From: Planctomycetota bacterium
Lineage (GTDB): Bacteria; Planctomycetota; PLA2; JAEUHO01
Direction of reading: 5' to 3'
Assembly: GCA_965222115.1 (NCBI GenBank)
Contig: CBDCTJ010000007.1
Span: 2,016,001 to 2,080,000, forward strand
DNA: 64,000 bases
Below are positions 1-10,384 of the stretch, one piece after another (the stretch's first letter is position 1; each line of letters begins with the position of its first letter). The position numbers were made by a program, and so were the translations under genes. Below the pieces are notes generated by a model. That model had not been told where the DNA came from and did not search any database. It worked only from the letters and a program-made list of their open reading frames with translations.

Positions 1-1
1 T

Positions 2-754
2 CTGTCGGGCCGGCTCACGGGACTGCCTCTGACTGATGTGGATCTTCGACGAATGCGAGTGTTCACCACGCTAGCAGGAGTTCAATACTACGCGAAGTTA
101 GAACGCAAACATGGTTTGATTACGTATCGATTCGATGGCCTGCCGCCTGCTTCGTACGACATCGTTGCCGTCGCGGATGAACCCTTGTTTATAGGCGTGC
201 GCCGTGGCGTGCGCGCGCCCTCGGAAGGTGTAGAAATTCGTGTCCGCGTTCCAACTGGCACGATTGTGGGCACTGTTGATGTATCGCTGATCCCGATCCA
301 CACGAATGTAAGAGTTCGGGCTTACTCAGAAGACGGGCTTGCGTTGGGGCACTCCACGACCTACGACTTGCGGGAATTTCGCCTCGAACAACTTCGTACG
401 GATGTGACCTATACCCTTGTTGCCCAGCCCAGCATGTCTTCGTTCGATGGCGGTGAAGCCGTGGCTATGAAGCGCGGCGTGCGGGCGGGCGACACCGTGC
501 ACTTGGTGCCGGTCGTGGGTTCGTACGTAGAGGGTCGTGTGGTGAGTGCGGCCGCACATATTGACTACATCAAAGCCGCGAACGGATCTGCCGAGTTTGA
601 GGCTTACATCGATGAATCTACGGGCGGGTTCTGGATTGGCCCGCTTCCCCCGGGAACGTACTCCATTATTGCGGAAAACTCGGACTTGGGTGTCGTCAAG
701 CGTATCGACGGCGTCACACCTGGTACCGACGAAGTGCTTTTGATCGAACGATAA
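2..754 (+). CDS. Carboxypeptidase-regulatory-like domain repeat protein (5'-truncated by window edge)
   Basis: Frame open from position 2; beta-sandwich motifs (YRFDGLPPASY, IGPLPPGTYSI); C-terminus aligns by eye with the next gene. Confidence 0.7.
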   Translation: MSGRLTGLPLTDVDLRRMRVFTTLAGVQYYAKLERKHGLITYRFDGLPPASYDIVAVADEPLFIGVRRGVRAPSEGVEIRVRVPTGTIVGTVDVSLIPIHTNVRVRAYSEDGLALGHSTTYDLREFRLEQLRTDVTYTLVAQPSMSSFDGGEAVAMKRGVRAGDTVHLVPVVGSYVEGRVVSAAAHIDYIKAANGSAEFEAYIDESTGGFWIGPLPPGTYSIIAENSDLGVVKRIDGVTPGTDEVLLIER

Positions 755-877
755 TGTCACGCTCATCGTGACCATCGTACGTGCCTTAAGCAACACAGAT
801 GATTGTTCAATGCGAATTCGTTAGAATCATTCCGTTGGCTCATCACACCGTTCCCCATGATCAAAGAAGGGTTTCAC

Positions 878-3877
878 GTGTCAAAACATGCGGCTGCAGT
901 AGTGATCACTCTACTCGTGGTTAGTTGCCTGTTCCTGCTCCTACGTGACTCCCGCAGCGAGCGACGGGTCCATCCTGAGACCCAAAGCAATGCATCGGTT
1001 GAGCTCAATCGAGCAGAGCAAAAAGGCGGAGCGCTGCAAGCGGCACTCACTGAGCCGTCGAAACCTGCGCTGGCCGAACGAGATTGGTCGCCAGAGTTGT
1101 TGGCGGCGTCACTTGGCGATATCGCGGTGTCCGGCATTGTGCGGGACGCTGGGACGAGGAAGGGCGTAGCCAACGTCAGCGTCGTTATTCAGGGTGACGA
1201 AGACACAGAATCGACCCGAACGGTGACAACGGGTGAGGATGGAACGTTTGCGTTGCGCGTGCCGTATTTCCAGGACGCGAAGAAGAACAACTGGCGCGTG
1301 TTTCCGGTGCATCAATCGTATTTCTTGCCCTATTGGTTCGAATATTTCACGCACCAACTTCGGCAGAATGGGATGTCCATTGGCGCGTTGGTTCGTGATG
1401 GCGCAGAAGGCGCAGGCCTGTTCATTCGAATTGACGCCGACGATCCCACGCCCCAGTCCCTCTCGATAGATCTGAAGCGAGGGGCGCGCGTCGTCGGGCG
1501 TGTCGTGGATGCGAGCGGAACACCCATTTCCGGTGCAAACATCATCACCCATCTCACGCAGCACGACATGATGACGCGATTGATCGATAAGTACGCGTCT
1601 CGTAGCAAGGTGCCGCCGGTCGTAACGCGTGAGGATGGCTCGTTTGAACTGGCCAACATTCCTACGTCCGTCGCTTCATTTGAAATTGCTGCGACGCATC
1701 CCGAGTGGGTGTCACGGTGGCATGGGCCGTTTGAGCCTTCAGACGACACGAACGTAGACATCGTGATGCAGCGCGCGGCATCCTTGGAAATCGATCTCAA
1801 AGGGGTATGGGAAGCGCAAGTTGACATCCAAACGAAGGGCGCTGGACGTTGGGCAGATTGCGAGTCGTCCACATGGTCTGACATCGGCAAGACGGCAGTC
1901 GTTAGGCGTGTACCACCGGGCGATGTCTCCCTTCGTGCGAGATTTCTAAACACCGAGGACACATCCAAATCGATCACCGTGCATGACCTCAAGCCTGGAG
2001 AGAGGCGGCGCGTTTCTCTTTCGCTGGCCGAGTATCACCAGATTGCGGGATCATTGGTAGACGAGAAGGGCGGTGCGATTGCGGAGGAGTCACTTGAACT
2101 GCGGCTTGATGATGGGCGTCGAGTCGTCGGTGAGTGTAGTACGGGAGACGCGGGGGAGTATCAGTTCGACGGGCTCACCGAGCCGGGACACTACTCGCTT
2201 TGGATCGTTACTGCGAATCGAGTCGAGCAGATCAAGGATCGTGTTTCATTGGGTCATGGCCATCGCGTCACTACCACGCCCACGCCTCTAACCACAATCC
2301 GCGTCAGTATTGAAGATTCCCTTGGGAAGATTGTGAAGGGCGCTCACCTGAGACTGATGGGGCTCGAGGGCCATGATGTAGAGAAGCGAAGCGACAGAAC
2401 ATCGCTCGATACTCATGTTCACACGGTGAATTTTCTGGGCGTTGTACCGATCGTTGTCTGTGCGTCCGTGCAAGAAACGCAAGACACAAGAGCGCCCGAT
2501 TGCTATTCCACGTGCGTCGTCATTGATCGCGTGAGTGCCGAAGCTGTCACCATTAGGCTTGCGAATGCGCCCACGCTCATGGGTCGAATCGTTGATTGCC
2601 GCCAAGTGCCCGTGGCGAGTGCGCGAATTGCGCTATCGAACGGCGAATCCGTAGTGACCGACGTGCGTGGGCACTACCGTTACGTGTGGCCCGAAGGTCA
2701 AAGCGTGTCGGGTGAAGCGCAAGACGACATTACCGCAAAGCTCTCGGCGCCTAGGGATGTTCGAGTTGACGGTGATGAATTTGATATTTCCTTCGATCGT
2801 TGGAATTGCCTAACGTTGTATCGCGGCGGTCGAACTATCACCGGTCGCCTGGTGGGTGAGGCCATGGCGAATCGAGGGGATCTATCGAGAGTTGACGTTG
2901 TCGCCGAATGGAAGGGCGATCGGGATCCGCGTTTCTCCGAAGGCATCTTCGAAACAAGAACAGATAAGGCGGGTGCCTTTGCTTTGCCCGTAATGCCTCA
3001 TAAGACTGTTGAAGTGTGGGTAGACAAACACGAATTGGCGAGGCGCGGGTTTCGTGCCAATCGTCAAACTATGGTCGCATTACCTGGTATTAATGCTCTT
3101 GAGTTCAGGTTGGAACGAGGTGTTTCGGTCTCCGGGTTCTTGACCGGCAGCGAACTCGACGCGACCGACTTGAGCAGGATTCGCATAGAAGCTCGTGCGA
3201 AGGACTTCTCAACCGCCGTGCATCCCGTACGCGAAGCGGGCCGTTTGTCGTTTCGTTTCGAAGGCCTTCCTCCCGGCCCCGTCGATCTGCTCGTCTCTGA
3301 AATGGGCGGGCCTCTGTTGGGCATGAAGTCTGCCGTGCACGCTCCGTCAAGCGACGTGACCATTCCACTTGACTATCCGAACGGACGAATCTCAGGAACG
3401 TTGGATCTCTCGGACGTCCCGCTGGACTGCAGGATGTTAGTGATGGCGTTTCCTCATGACGATCTTGAGTGGCCTCACTACGAGTACAGTGATCCGAAGG
3501 CGTTCACGTTCACAGGCCTTCGCAAGGAGACGACCTACACGTTGTCGGTGCAGCCGTCGGAAATGAGCGCCGGCCACAACGTGGTGGCGTTGAAGCAGGG
3601 TGTTCGCGTAGGTGAAACCGTCGAGCTTAAGCCCGTCGCGGGTGAATACATCACCGGTCGCCTTCAAGGCGCTGCGACGTATGTGTCGTCGGTTCAGGCC
3701 ACCATTGGCGTTGTGTCCTACGGTTACACGCCAGAAGGACCCGAAAGGACGTTTCGACTGGGACCCCTAGCGCCCGGTGTGTATACGATTGAAGCACGCG
3801 ATGAGAACTACGATTTGTTGGCGAGCAAGGCGGATGTGCGCGCAGGGGAGAACGACGTCGTGCTTGTGCTCAAGTAG
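878..3877 (+). CDS. Membrane-anchored carboxypeptidase-regulatory-like repeat protein (~1000 aa)
   Basis: GTG at 878 after GAAGG; N-terminal hydrophobic helix; repeated GxVxD..G.P..GA and T..DG.F motifs. Confidence 0.75.
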   Translation: MSKHAAAVVITLLVVSCLFLLLRDSRSERRVHPETQSNASVELNRAEQKGGALQAALTEPSKPALAERDWSPELLAASLGDIAVSGIVRDAGTRKGVANVSVVIQGDEDTESTRTVTTGEDGTFALRVPYFQDAKKNNWRVFPVHQSYFLPYWFEYFTHQLRQNGMSIGALVRDGAEGAGLFIRIDADDPTPQSLSIDLKRGARVVGRVVDASGTPISGANIITHLTQHDMMTRLIDKYASRSKVPPVVTREDGSFELANIPTSVASFEIAATHPEWVSRWHGPFEPSDDTNVDIVMQRAASLEIDLKGVWEAQVDIQTKGAGRWADCESSTWSDIGKTAVVRRVPPGDVSLRARFLNTEDTSKSITVHDLKPGERRRVSLSLAEYHQIAGSLVDEKGGAIAEESLELRLDDGRRVVGECSTGDAGEYQFDGLTEPGHYSLWIVTANRVEQIKDRVSLGHGHRVTTTPTPLTTIRVSIEDSLGKIVKGAHLRLMGLEGHDVEKRSDRTSLDTHVHTVNFLGVVPIVVCASVQETQDTRAPDCYSTCVVIDRVSAEAVTIRLANAPTLMGRIVDCRQVPVASARIALSNGESVVTDVRGHYRYVWPEGQSVSGEAQDDITAKLSAPRDVRVDGDEFDISFDRWNCLTLYRGGRTITGRLVGEAMANRGDLSRVDVVAEWKGDRDPRFSEGIFETRTDKAGAFALPVMPHKTVEVWVDKHELARRGFRANRQTMVALPGINALEFRLERGVSVSGFLTGSELDATDLSRIRIEARAKDFSTAVHPVREAGRLSFRFEGLPPGPVDLLVSEMGGPLLGMKSAVHAPSSDVTIPLDYPNGRISGTLDLSDVPLDCRMLVMAFPHDDLEWPHYEYSDPKAFTFTGLRKETTYTLSVQPSEMSAGHNVVALKQGVRVGETVELKPVAGEYITGRLQGAATYVSSVQATIGVVSYGYTPEGPERTFRLGPLAPGVYTIEARDENYDLLASKADVRAGENDVVLVLK

Positions 3878-3922
3878 GCGTGGGCCCATACGATTGGGAC
3901 CGCGCAGCGGACACGTGAGCAT

Positions 3923-4009
3923 TGGTGGCCTCGGTGGGAGTCGAACCCACACTCCCTTTACGGGAAACGGATTTTGAATCCGTCGCGTCTGCCATTCCGC
4001 CACGAGGCC
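3923..4009 (-). tRNA. tRNA-Leu(CAA)
   Basis: Acceptor GGCCTCG/CGAGGCC, anticodon arm ACGGA-TTCAAAA-TCCGT, long variable arm, GTTCGA T-loop, encoded CCA. Confidence 0.97.
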
Positions 4010-4119
4010 GTGTTGGAAGCGCCACAGAGTAGCGACAGCGCCCAGCGAATCCAGCCCTGCGGGCCAGAAAGGAGGTGAACCCACTCCCGGTATGATCGTT
4101 TCTACCACTGGAGGCACGC

Positions 4120-7100
4120 ATGGAATCGCGCTTCGCAGCTCTGCTCATCGCGCTCGCGGTGGCAGCCCTCGGTTGGTTTCTCCTACTTCGGGGCGATGTG
4201 ACGCCAGGCACGGACCAAGTTCAGAACTCCGAGGGACCAGGCAGTACAAGGACAGCGAGCGACTTGGACAGCCCCACACTTCAATCGGCGCGAGATGACC
4301 GGCAGGTGCTTCCGGCAGACGTTCAGGAAATCGAGGAGCCTGCCATACGCGCCGAGCCGCGACTGGTTGAGTTTTCTGGCGTCGTAATCGACACCCATCA
4401 ACGACCGGTCCCGAACGCTACGGTCGAAGCCAAACTATTTGGCAAAGTGATTGCCACGATGGACACCGACGAGCAAGGGCGCTATTCGTTTCGCCATTCA
4501 GTATCACCCATGGACGATCGATTCTCTGGTGGAACGGTTGTCGCGCGAGGACCCGCGGGCGAAGTGGGTTACGAGACGTTTTATTACCGCGATGTCATGG
4601 CGGATGCCCCGGATGAGGGTGGAAGCGACGAAAGCATCGAACACGAGAACATCTCGCCTATTCTCTTGCGTGCAGGTGGATCCATACGTGTTTCTGTGGC
4701 GATGTCATGTGACGACTCACTTCCCGCGCGCGTTTGGATTGTGAAACGCGAGCGCGGGCATTCGCGGGACGATGTCATCGCAGTGGACTACACCAACGAG
4801 CGTGGGCAACTCAAGTTCGATGGGCTCGAACCGGGGCGCTATCGGGTTGTGGCGGCCACAAAGACTTGTGGGCGAGACTCGGCGTGGGTCGAAGTCGAGC
4901 GAGAAGATGTCGTGAATGTGGCGCTCAGAATTCCCGAGTCCCGCACGTTGGAGATCCGCGTTCTTGAGAAGGACACCCAAAAGCCTATCGCTGGCGCGCG
5001 CGTTGTAGCCCAAGAGGTTCAATCGCGAGGTCGCGACGATGCTGCTCAGGAAGGAACGTACAGTTTCGTCTCCACGCCAAGTCTTGTTGCGACCGATCGA
5101 TCCGGCGTTGCCAAATTCCGTGGATTGGGGAATCGCGAGCGGATTCGCGTGCGCGTGAGTGCGCCGGGTCACATTGTTCCCATGCGCGAAGGCAAGGAGT
5201 CGGCGCAGGACTTGAGTTCTCTATCCCCTGAGACAACCGCCGCAACGGTTTACTTGCAAGGGCCTCGAACCGTGACGTGGAAGATTCTTGAGGGGGGACT
5301 CGATATGCCTCCCGACAATACGCGTGTTTCGATAAACGCCCTTGATGGTGTCGGCGATCAGTATATGCCCGACGCGGGTGTCATTCGCGCCGGCGTTCTT
5401 TCGGTTTCGGGATGGCCGCCGCACGTACAGACGGCCCGAGCCCAACTTCGAATGGGCGACGGTACCCGGATCGCGTCTGCCACGCTTCACGTGGGCCGCA
5501 ATGCAATCGCAGGGTCGCCCATCTCCTTTGTCGCGCACCGCACGTTACGCATCCACGTCCAAAACGATGACGGGACGCCTGCGGAGAGTGTCTGGGTTTT
5601 GCTTGACGACGGGACAAACGGCATGATGCCAAATGCCGTAACTGACGCGTCAGGCTTCGCGGCCATCGAGGATCTACCGAGTGATTCCGACACGTCATTA
5701 CCTTGCTATGTCTCGTATACATCGCGTCTGCAAGACGGTTGGCTTGTTGGCAATGTCCAACTCCATGCGGAGGATCCAGAACTCACGTTTACAATCCCCG
5801 GCCCGCGGACCGTGCGCTTCACCTTGATTCTAAACGGGAAACCTGCCCCTGCCGGCTTCAACGGAACGCTCTCGGTATCGACGACGCCAAAGGCGCTGGT
5901 GAAGATGGGCCCGACCGGCGCGATTGAGTTTGAAACCGATGGCCGAGGGATGTTCGAAGCGCCATTGCAGATTGCGAGCGCCGTGCGTTCGCTTCAGCCC
6001 AACATACGGGCCGTAGGCACTCGACAGACGGGGTACCCAACGATTCAGGTTCCGGCGGCTGGTCCGATTCAAGCGACTATAGACCTGAGGCGTGGATTCC
6101 CCGCAAACGTGCAATTGCGATTGGCGCAAGAAAGCGGGCCATTCTCCATGGTCGTTCATCGAAAATCGCCGGACGGGTTACGCTGGGAATCGCTGGCGCC
6201 GAAGGAACTTACGGTTGAGTATCGCGGCAATCCGAATGGGTCCGCCTATCGGTTGTGGTTGCCGACAAAAGGGACGTATCGCGTACTCGATGGACAAACT
6301 GAAATTGCTACGCCATCGTTCGAAGTAGGCCCAGCGATTGAAGAGCCTTCTGTCGTATTGGATCTCTCCAAGACCGCATGGGTTTCCGGTCGGGTCGTAT
6401 TGCCGGAGGGATTTCATCACATTGGCACGTCCGTTTCCCCAGTGGGTCATTCCATCAATCGCACGGCCACACGATGGGCGCCTCCTATTTCCCATAGAGG
6501 CGTCGGACGAGTCCAGTCACATGATGGGAGCTTTCGAGTCCGCATTGACACGAGTCGAGAAACGAAACTGCGTGCCTACCATCCCACGTTGCGCCCACAC
6601 GCAACTCGAGGCTACGTTATCGTCCGAGGGGCTCGATCCGACGTCGAACTTCATATGGAAGCGGGTGGGGTTGCGCGACTGTCTCTCGACAAGCCGATCC
6701 CCACGCTCGACCGCTATACCGGGCGCGTGCGTGTCGTCATTACGCCGGTGGACCGACCCCATGAACAGGAGGTGCTAGTTGGATTCATCCATGCAAATCG
6801 CAATCGTATTGACCTCCGTGGCTACCTGCCGGGGCGCTATCACATGTGGGTGGACACGCTGGCATTTTTGCCGCTAGAGTTGCGAAACATCTCGTTGGGG
6901 GCAGGTGACACCGACCTTGGAACATTTGCCGCTCAGCGTGGAACTACCCTCCGCGTGCGCGTGAAAGATGAAAGCGACAAAGCAACTTTCAGTGTCGTCA
7001 CAGTTATGGCGGTGTACCTCGGTGACCTTCCCTACACACGAATCGCTCGCTCGCACGGCGACGTGATAGAGTTGTCCGGATTGGGAGCTGGCCGCTTTCA

Positions 7101-7197
7101 TGTAACTTCTTCGTACACACCCACGAGCGGGCGAGGCATCGATGAGATTATCGAAACCGATGGCAAGTCTTCGCTGGACATTGGTCCTCCCAAGTAA
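4120..7197 (+). CDS. Membrane-anchored carboxypeptidase-regulatory-like repeat protein
   Basis: GGAGG RBS; N-terminal TM; FSGVVIDTHQRPVPNATV, TDEQGRY, GLEPGRYRV motifs; paralog of 7252..10302. Confidence 0.78.
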   Translation: MESRFAALLIALAVAALGWFLLLRGDVTPGTDQVQNSEGPGSTRTASDLDSPTLQSARDDRQVLPADVQEIEEPAIRAEPRLVEFSGVVIDTHQRPVPNATVEAKLFGKVIATMDTDEQGRYSFRHSVSPMDDRFSGGTVVARGPAGEVGYETFYYRDVMADAPDEGGSDESIEHENISPILLRAGGSIRVSVAMSCDDSLPARVWIVKRERGHSRDDVIAVDYTNERGQLKFDGLEPGRYRVVAATKTCGRDSAWVEVEREDVVNVALRIPESRTLEIRVLEKDTQKPIAGARVVAQEVQSRGRDDAAQEGTYSFVSTPSLVATDRSGVAKFRGLGNRERIRVRVSAPGHIVPMREGKESAQDLSSLSPETTAATVYLQGPRTVTWKILEGGLDMPPDNTRVSINALDGVGDQYMPDAGVIRAGVLSVSGWPPHVQTARAQLRMGDGTRIASATLHVGRNAIAGSPISFVAHRTLRIHVQNDDGTPAESVWVLLDDGTNGMMPNAVTDASGFAAIEDLPSDSDTSLPCYVSYTSRLQDGWLVGNVQLHAEDPELTFTIPGPRTVRFTLILNGKPAPAGFNGTLSVSTTPKALVKMGPTGAIEFETDGRGMFEAPLQIASAVRSLQPNIRAVGTRQTGYPTIQVPAAGPIQATIDLRRGFPANVQLRLAQESGPFSMVVHRKSPDGLRWESLAPKELTVEYRGNPNGSAYRLWLPTKGTYRVLDGQTEIATPSFEVGPAIEEPSVVLDLSKTAWVSGRVVLPEGFHHIGTSVSPVGHSINRTATRWAPPISHRGVGRVQSHDGSFRVRIDTSRETKLRAYHPTLRPHATRGYVIVRGARSDVELHMEAGGVARLSLDKPIPTLDRYTGRVRVVITPVDRPHEQEVLVGFIHANRNRIDLRGYLPGRYHMWVDTLAFLPLELRNISLGAGDTDLGTFAAQRGTTLRVRVKDESDKATFSVVTVMAVYLGDLPYTRIARSHGDVIELSGLGAGRFHVTSSYTPTSGRGIDEIIETDGKSSLDIGPPK

Positions 7198-7251
7198 CAT
7201 TCGATGCCACCGCGTCGATCCAGCACTACCGCATGGCGGCGGTAGAGAATC

Positions 7252-10200
7252 GTGACTCGCTGGATTCTACCCCTGGCCGGTATCGTGACGGTCGCAGCCA
7301 TTATTCTCCTTTTCGATGGCCACTCGAGTCAAAACGATGTGCCTGAGACAACCGACTTTGAGCATGTTGCAGATTCTACACGTGCGCCCGAACTTCAAGG
7401 CACACTTGTTGCGGAGCCAGACGGCTACATCTCCAGCGAGTATGTCCAGGAGACGCAAACCAAGTCGCCCATGCGGGCCAAGTTCTTTGGTTCGGTCGTG
7501 GATCGCAAGTTCACGCCGGTGGTTGGCGCCGACATCACGGCAAGAATGCGCTCGGGCGTCGTTGCGACCACAACGACAAAGGGCGACGGATCGTTTTCCT
7601 TTGAGACCGAGGTTGTTCCGGGTGGTAATCGATTTGATGTCGGCACTGTGATTGCGCAAGACGCTTCAGGCGCTACGGGGTATGCCGAGTTTGAGGCGCC
7701 CGCACCTTGGCTCGTGCCGGAGATGGAGGGAGAGCGCGGTATTGCCATCCCAACGATTCGCCTTGAAGAACACGAAGGAGTCGTGTCGATTCGTGTGACG
7801 ACGTCATGCGATGGTGGGTTACCCGCCCGCGTGTATGTGGATGCGGGTGTAGGGCAACGAAGTTCGTTCGCTGCCCATTGGACAGATGCCGAGGGTCAAC
7901 TCACCATCCGCGGACTGGCACGAGGCAGTTATCGCTTCATAGCGGCGGCGCCAGGCTGTGGACGGGCGACTGCTTCCACAGTCATCGAGGACGACGAGCA
8001 TCGTCAGATGGACTTGAACATTCCTGTAGCTCGGACGGTTGTCGTTCGCGTCGTTGAGACGGGGACCGATACACCGGTTACCGACGCGCGCATTGCTGTG
8101 AATGAATGCACGGGACAGGAAGTCGCCAGTGGGACAGCGCGTATCTTGCCACTGAGCCCAAGCGTGTACGCCGATGAACATGGTGTTGCACAGATTGAAG
8201 GACTGGGTCCAAACGACTGTTTGTGGCTGCGTGCGTCGTCGGAGTCTTCTCGCGTAACGGCGGAGGAATGGACCAAGGTCGACGCGCACGCCACCGATGT
8301 CACGTTGGAACTACCACCGAAGCGCACAATCACGTGGGCGTTGATCGATGGGGGACACGGCATGCCGCCCGATGGCTCCAACGTGTCGCTGCTCAAGAAC
8401 GACCTCTCCCCCAAACCGACCTATCCCGATTCAGGCCTTGTTGAGGGCAATACGATTACGGTGACGGGATGGCCGCCCGGTGCCATCGAGGCCCAGGCGT
8501 ATGTTCGAGGCTTTGGCGCGGCACTCTTGCGTGCCGACGACGGTAAGGATCGAGGTCACAACGCGGCATTTTATCCATTGCGCACGATTCAACTCCTGGC
8601 GAAGGAAGCCGATGGATCGCCAGCGAAGGGTGCCACGTTCTTCGTTCGCTCCATGGGGCTCGCTGGGGGGACGTCCCAATCCCAGACCGACGATCAAGGG
8701 CGTGCCAAAGTTGAGGGCCTCTTTGGTGGTCCCGGAGCCATTGCGTACTGGAATGTGAGTCGCAGTAGCCTTCGTCGATCACCGCAGGCGCCTGTACGCG
8801 ATCACGTATCGATGGAACGCGGCGACGCCTCGGTCACCTATACGTTTCCCGCCAAGCGACGTGTGGTGGTAACGCTGCGCGTGGACGGTAAGGCGCCGCC
8901 ATCCGACATTGTGGGCACCGTGAATGTGTCGGCTCTCTACGCGCCGGGCAGTGGCTCTTCATCGAGTGTGACCCAACCCATTGAGGGCAGTAGCGCGGTT
9001 GACGTAGCGTTTGCGGTAGACGAAGGCGCCACGGCGTTTGTCGTTTCTGTGAGAGCACCGGGATACCAGCAAGCCGAAGCATGCGTTGTGCCGGTAACAC
9101 CGGACCTCGTCACGTATGCCGTCGTAGATCTCGAGCCTAGATTCGAAGCCGTCGTGCATGTCGAGACGCCCGAAGACTTCATGTTTCGGATTCAATCGAT
9201 GCCCTATCCCAAAGGGAAGAGTACGCCGCCGGTGATTCCGCAACCGACGTTTTGGTCCAACCGAACGCGTCGCACAAGTCCCCGAGCGGGAACGAAACAC
9301 GTTATGCGGCTCGAGGGGTTGGTCCCGGGTCGTCACATTGCCTACGACGCGTTGTCCGGCAAGATAAGTGAGCCGTTCGTCGTCGGAGGTGGCGGGAAGC
9401 CGCCCGAGGTGTCACTCGACTTGAGCCGTGCAGGATGGATCATGGGCAGAGTGATTCCACCGCCTGGCGAGAAGCTTGGGCATACCTCGGTTGCCGTGAT
9501 TGAGCGTCAGGTTCTTGGTGCCATACCCGGATTGAGACAGCCGCAGCCCGGCGCCTTCGTGAATCCGCAGACCGGGGAGTTCAGAGTGCGCTCCGATGGC
9601 GAGCGCCCGATCACACTTACCGCGCAATCGTCAAAGTATCGTCCGCATTCAACGCACGGACGCGTCACGGTTCGTGGACCTCGTACCGGTGTAGAACTTC
9701 GACTAGCCAAGGGTTCGCGTGCGACGATCCGCTTCGATCGCGTGCTGCGAACCGTACCGTTTTATTCGAGCAATCCGAGGGGAATCGTTTTCGCTGGCGA
9801 TAACCATCGCGACGCCGCGGGCCAAACCATTGCCACCCATGTCAGCGTCGTACTCACGTTCAGTACGGGTGAAACAAGACAGATTCGAGCAGACGTTTCC
9901 AAAGACGGTCGCAGCATCTCCTTTGGTGGCTACGCTCCGGGTCGTTACTCCCTCTGGATCGACGCCGCTCCGTTCAAACCGTTAGCTCTTTCGCGCATAG
10001 AACTCACTACGTCGGACCAGGATCTGGGCACGCATTCGCTTTCAGAAGGCGCGAACGTCGCGATCGACATTCCAAGCGACGAATTCGACAAGTACAAACC
10101 CTTCATCGCCCGCGCCATATCGACGACCGCGCCCTACTACATGCGTAATGTCTCCGTATCCGACGTCCCTCGCATCTCGCTCGCGGGTCTCGGTCCCGGC

Positions 10201-10302
10201 ACGTTCCGCCTTTCGGTACACAGCAGCTCCCGCCCCGACATCGCCCTCAATGAGACGATCACCGTCAACGGCTCCGAAACCATCGAGCGCACCCTCAAAT
10301 AG
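7252..10302 (+). CDS. Membrane-anchored carboxypeptidase-regulatory-like repeat protein
   Basis: N-terminal TM; collinear similarity to 4120..7197 (SCDxxLPARV, GWPP, LDLS.xGW..GRV, GYxPGRYxxWxD). Confidence 0.78.
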   Translation: MTRWILPLAGIVTVAAIILLFDGHSSQNDVPETTDFEHVADSTRAPELQGTLVAEPDGYISSEYVQETQTKSPMRAKFFGSVVDRKFTPVVGADITARMRSGVVATTTTKGDGSFSFETEVVPGGNRFDVGTVIAQDASGATGYAEFEAPAPWLVPEMEGERGIAIPTIRLEEHEGVVSIRVTTSCDGGLPARVYVDAGVGQRSSFAAHWTDAEGQLTIRGLARGSYRFIAAAPGCGRATASTVIEDDEHRQMDLNIPVARTVVVRVVETGTDTPVTDARIAVNECTGQEVASGTARILPLSPSVYADEHGVAQIEGLGPNDCLWLRASSESSRVTAEEWTKVDAHATDVTLELPPKRTITWALIDGGHGMPPDGSNVSLLKNDLSPKPTYPDSGLVEGNTITVTGWPPGAIEAQAYVRGFGAALLRADDGKDRGHNAAFYPLRTIQLLAKEADGSPAKGATFFVRSMGLAGGTSQSQTDDQGRAKVEGLFGGPGAIAYWNVSRSSLRRSPQAPVRDHVSMERGDASVTYTFPAKRRVVVTLRVDGKAPPSDIVGTVNVSALYAPGSGSSSSVTQPIEGSSAVDVAFAVDEGATAFVVSVRAPGYQQAEACVVPVTPDLVTYAVVDLEPRFEAVVHVETPEDFMFRIQSMPYPKGKSTPPVIPQPTFWSNRTRRTSPRAGTKHVMRLEGLVPGRHIAYDALSGKISEPFVVGGGGKPPEVSLDLSRAGWIMGRVIPPPGEKLGHTSVAVIERQVLGAIPGLRQPQPGAFVNPQTGEFRVRSDGERPITLTAQSSKYRPHSTHGRVTVRGPRTGVELRLAKGSRATIRFDRVLRTVPFYSSNPRGIVFAGDNHRDAAGQTIATHVSVVLTFSTGETRQIRADVSKDGRSISFGGYAPGRYSLWIDAAPFKPLALSRIELTTSDQDLGTHSLSEGANVAIDIPSDEFDKYKPFIARAISTTAPYYMRNVSVSDVPRISLAGLGPGTFRLSVHSSSRPDIALNETITVNGSETIERTLK

Positions 10303-10384
10303 CGTACGCCTGCGTGCCTGGCACAACTGTGTATGGTGGGCTGTCGAGAGTCGTCCAACGGTGTGCTACTCTCCGGATACCGAC

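Noticed and set aside
3923-4009. Integrative element at tRNA-Leu or tRNA-Ser
   Set aside because: No integrase and no duplicated tRNA 3' end seen in the window
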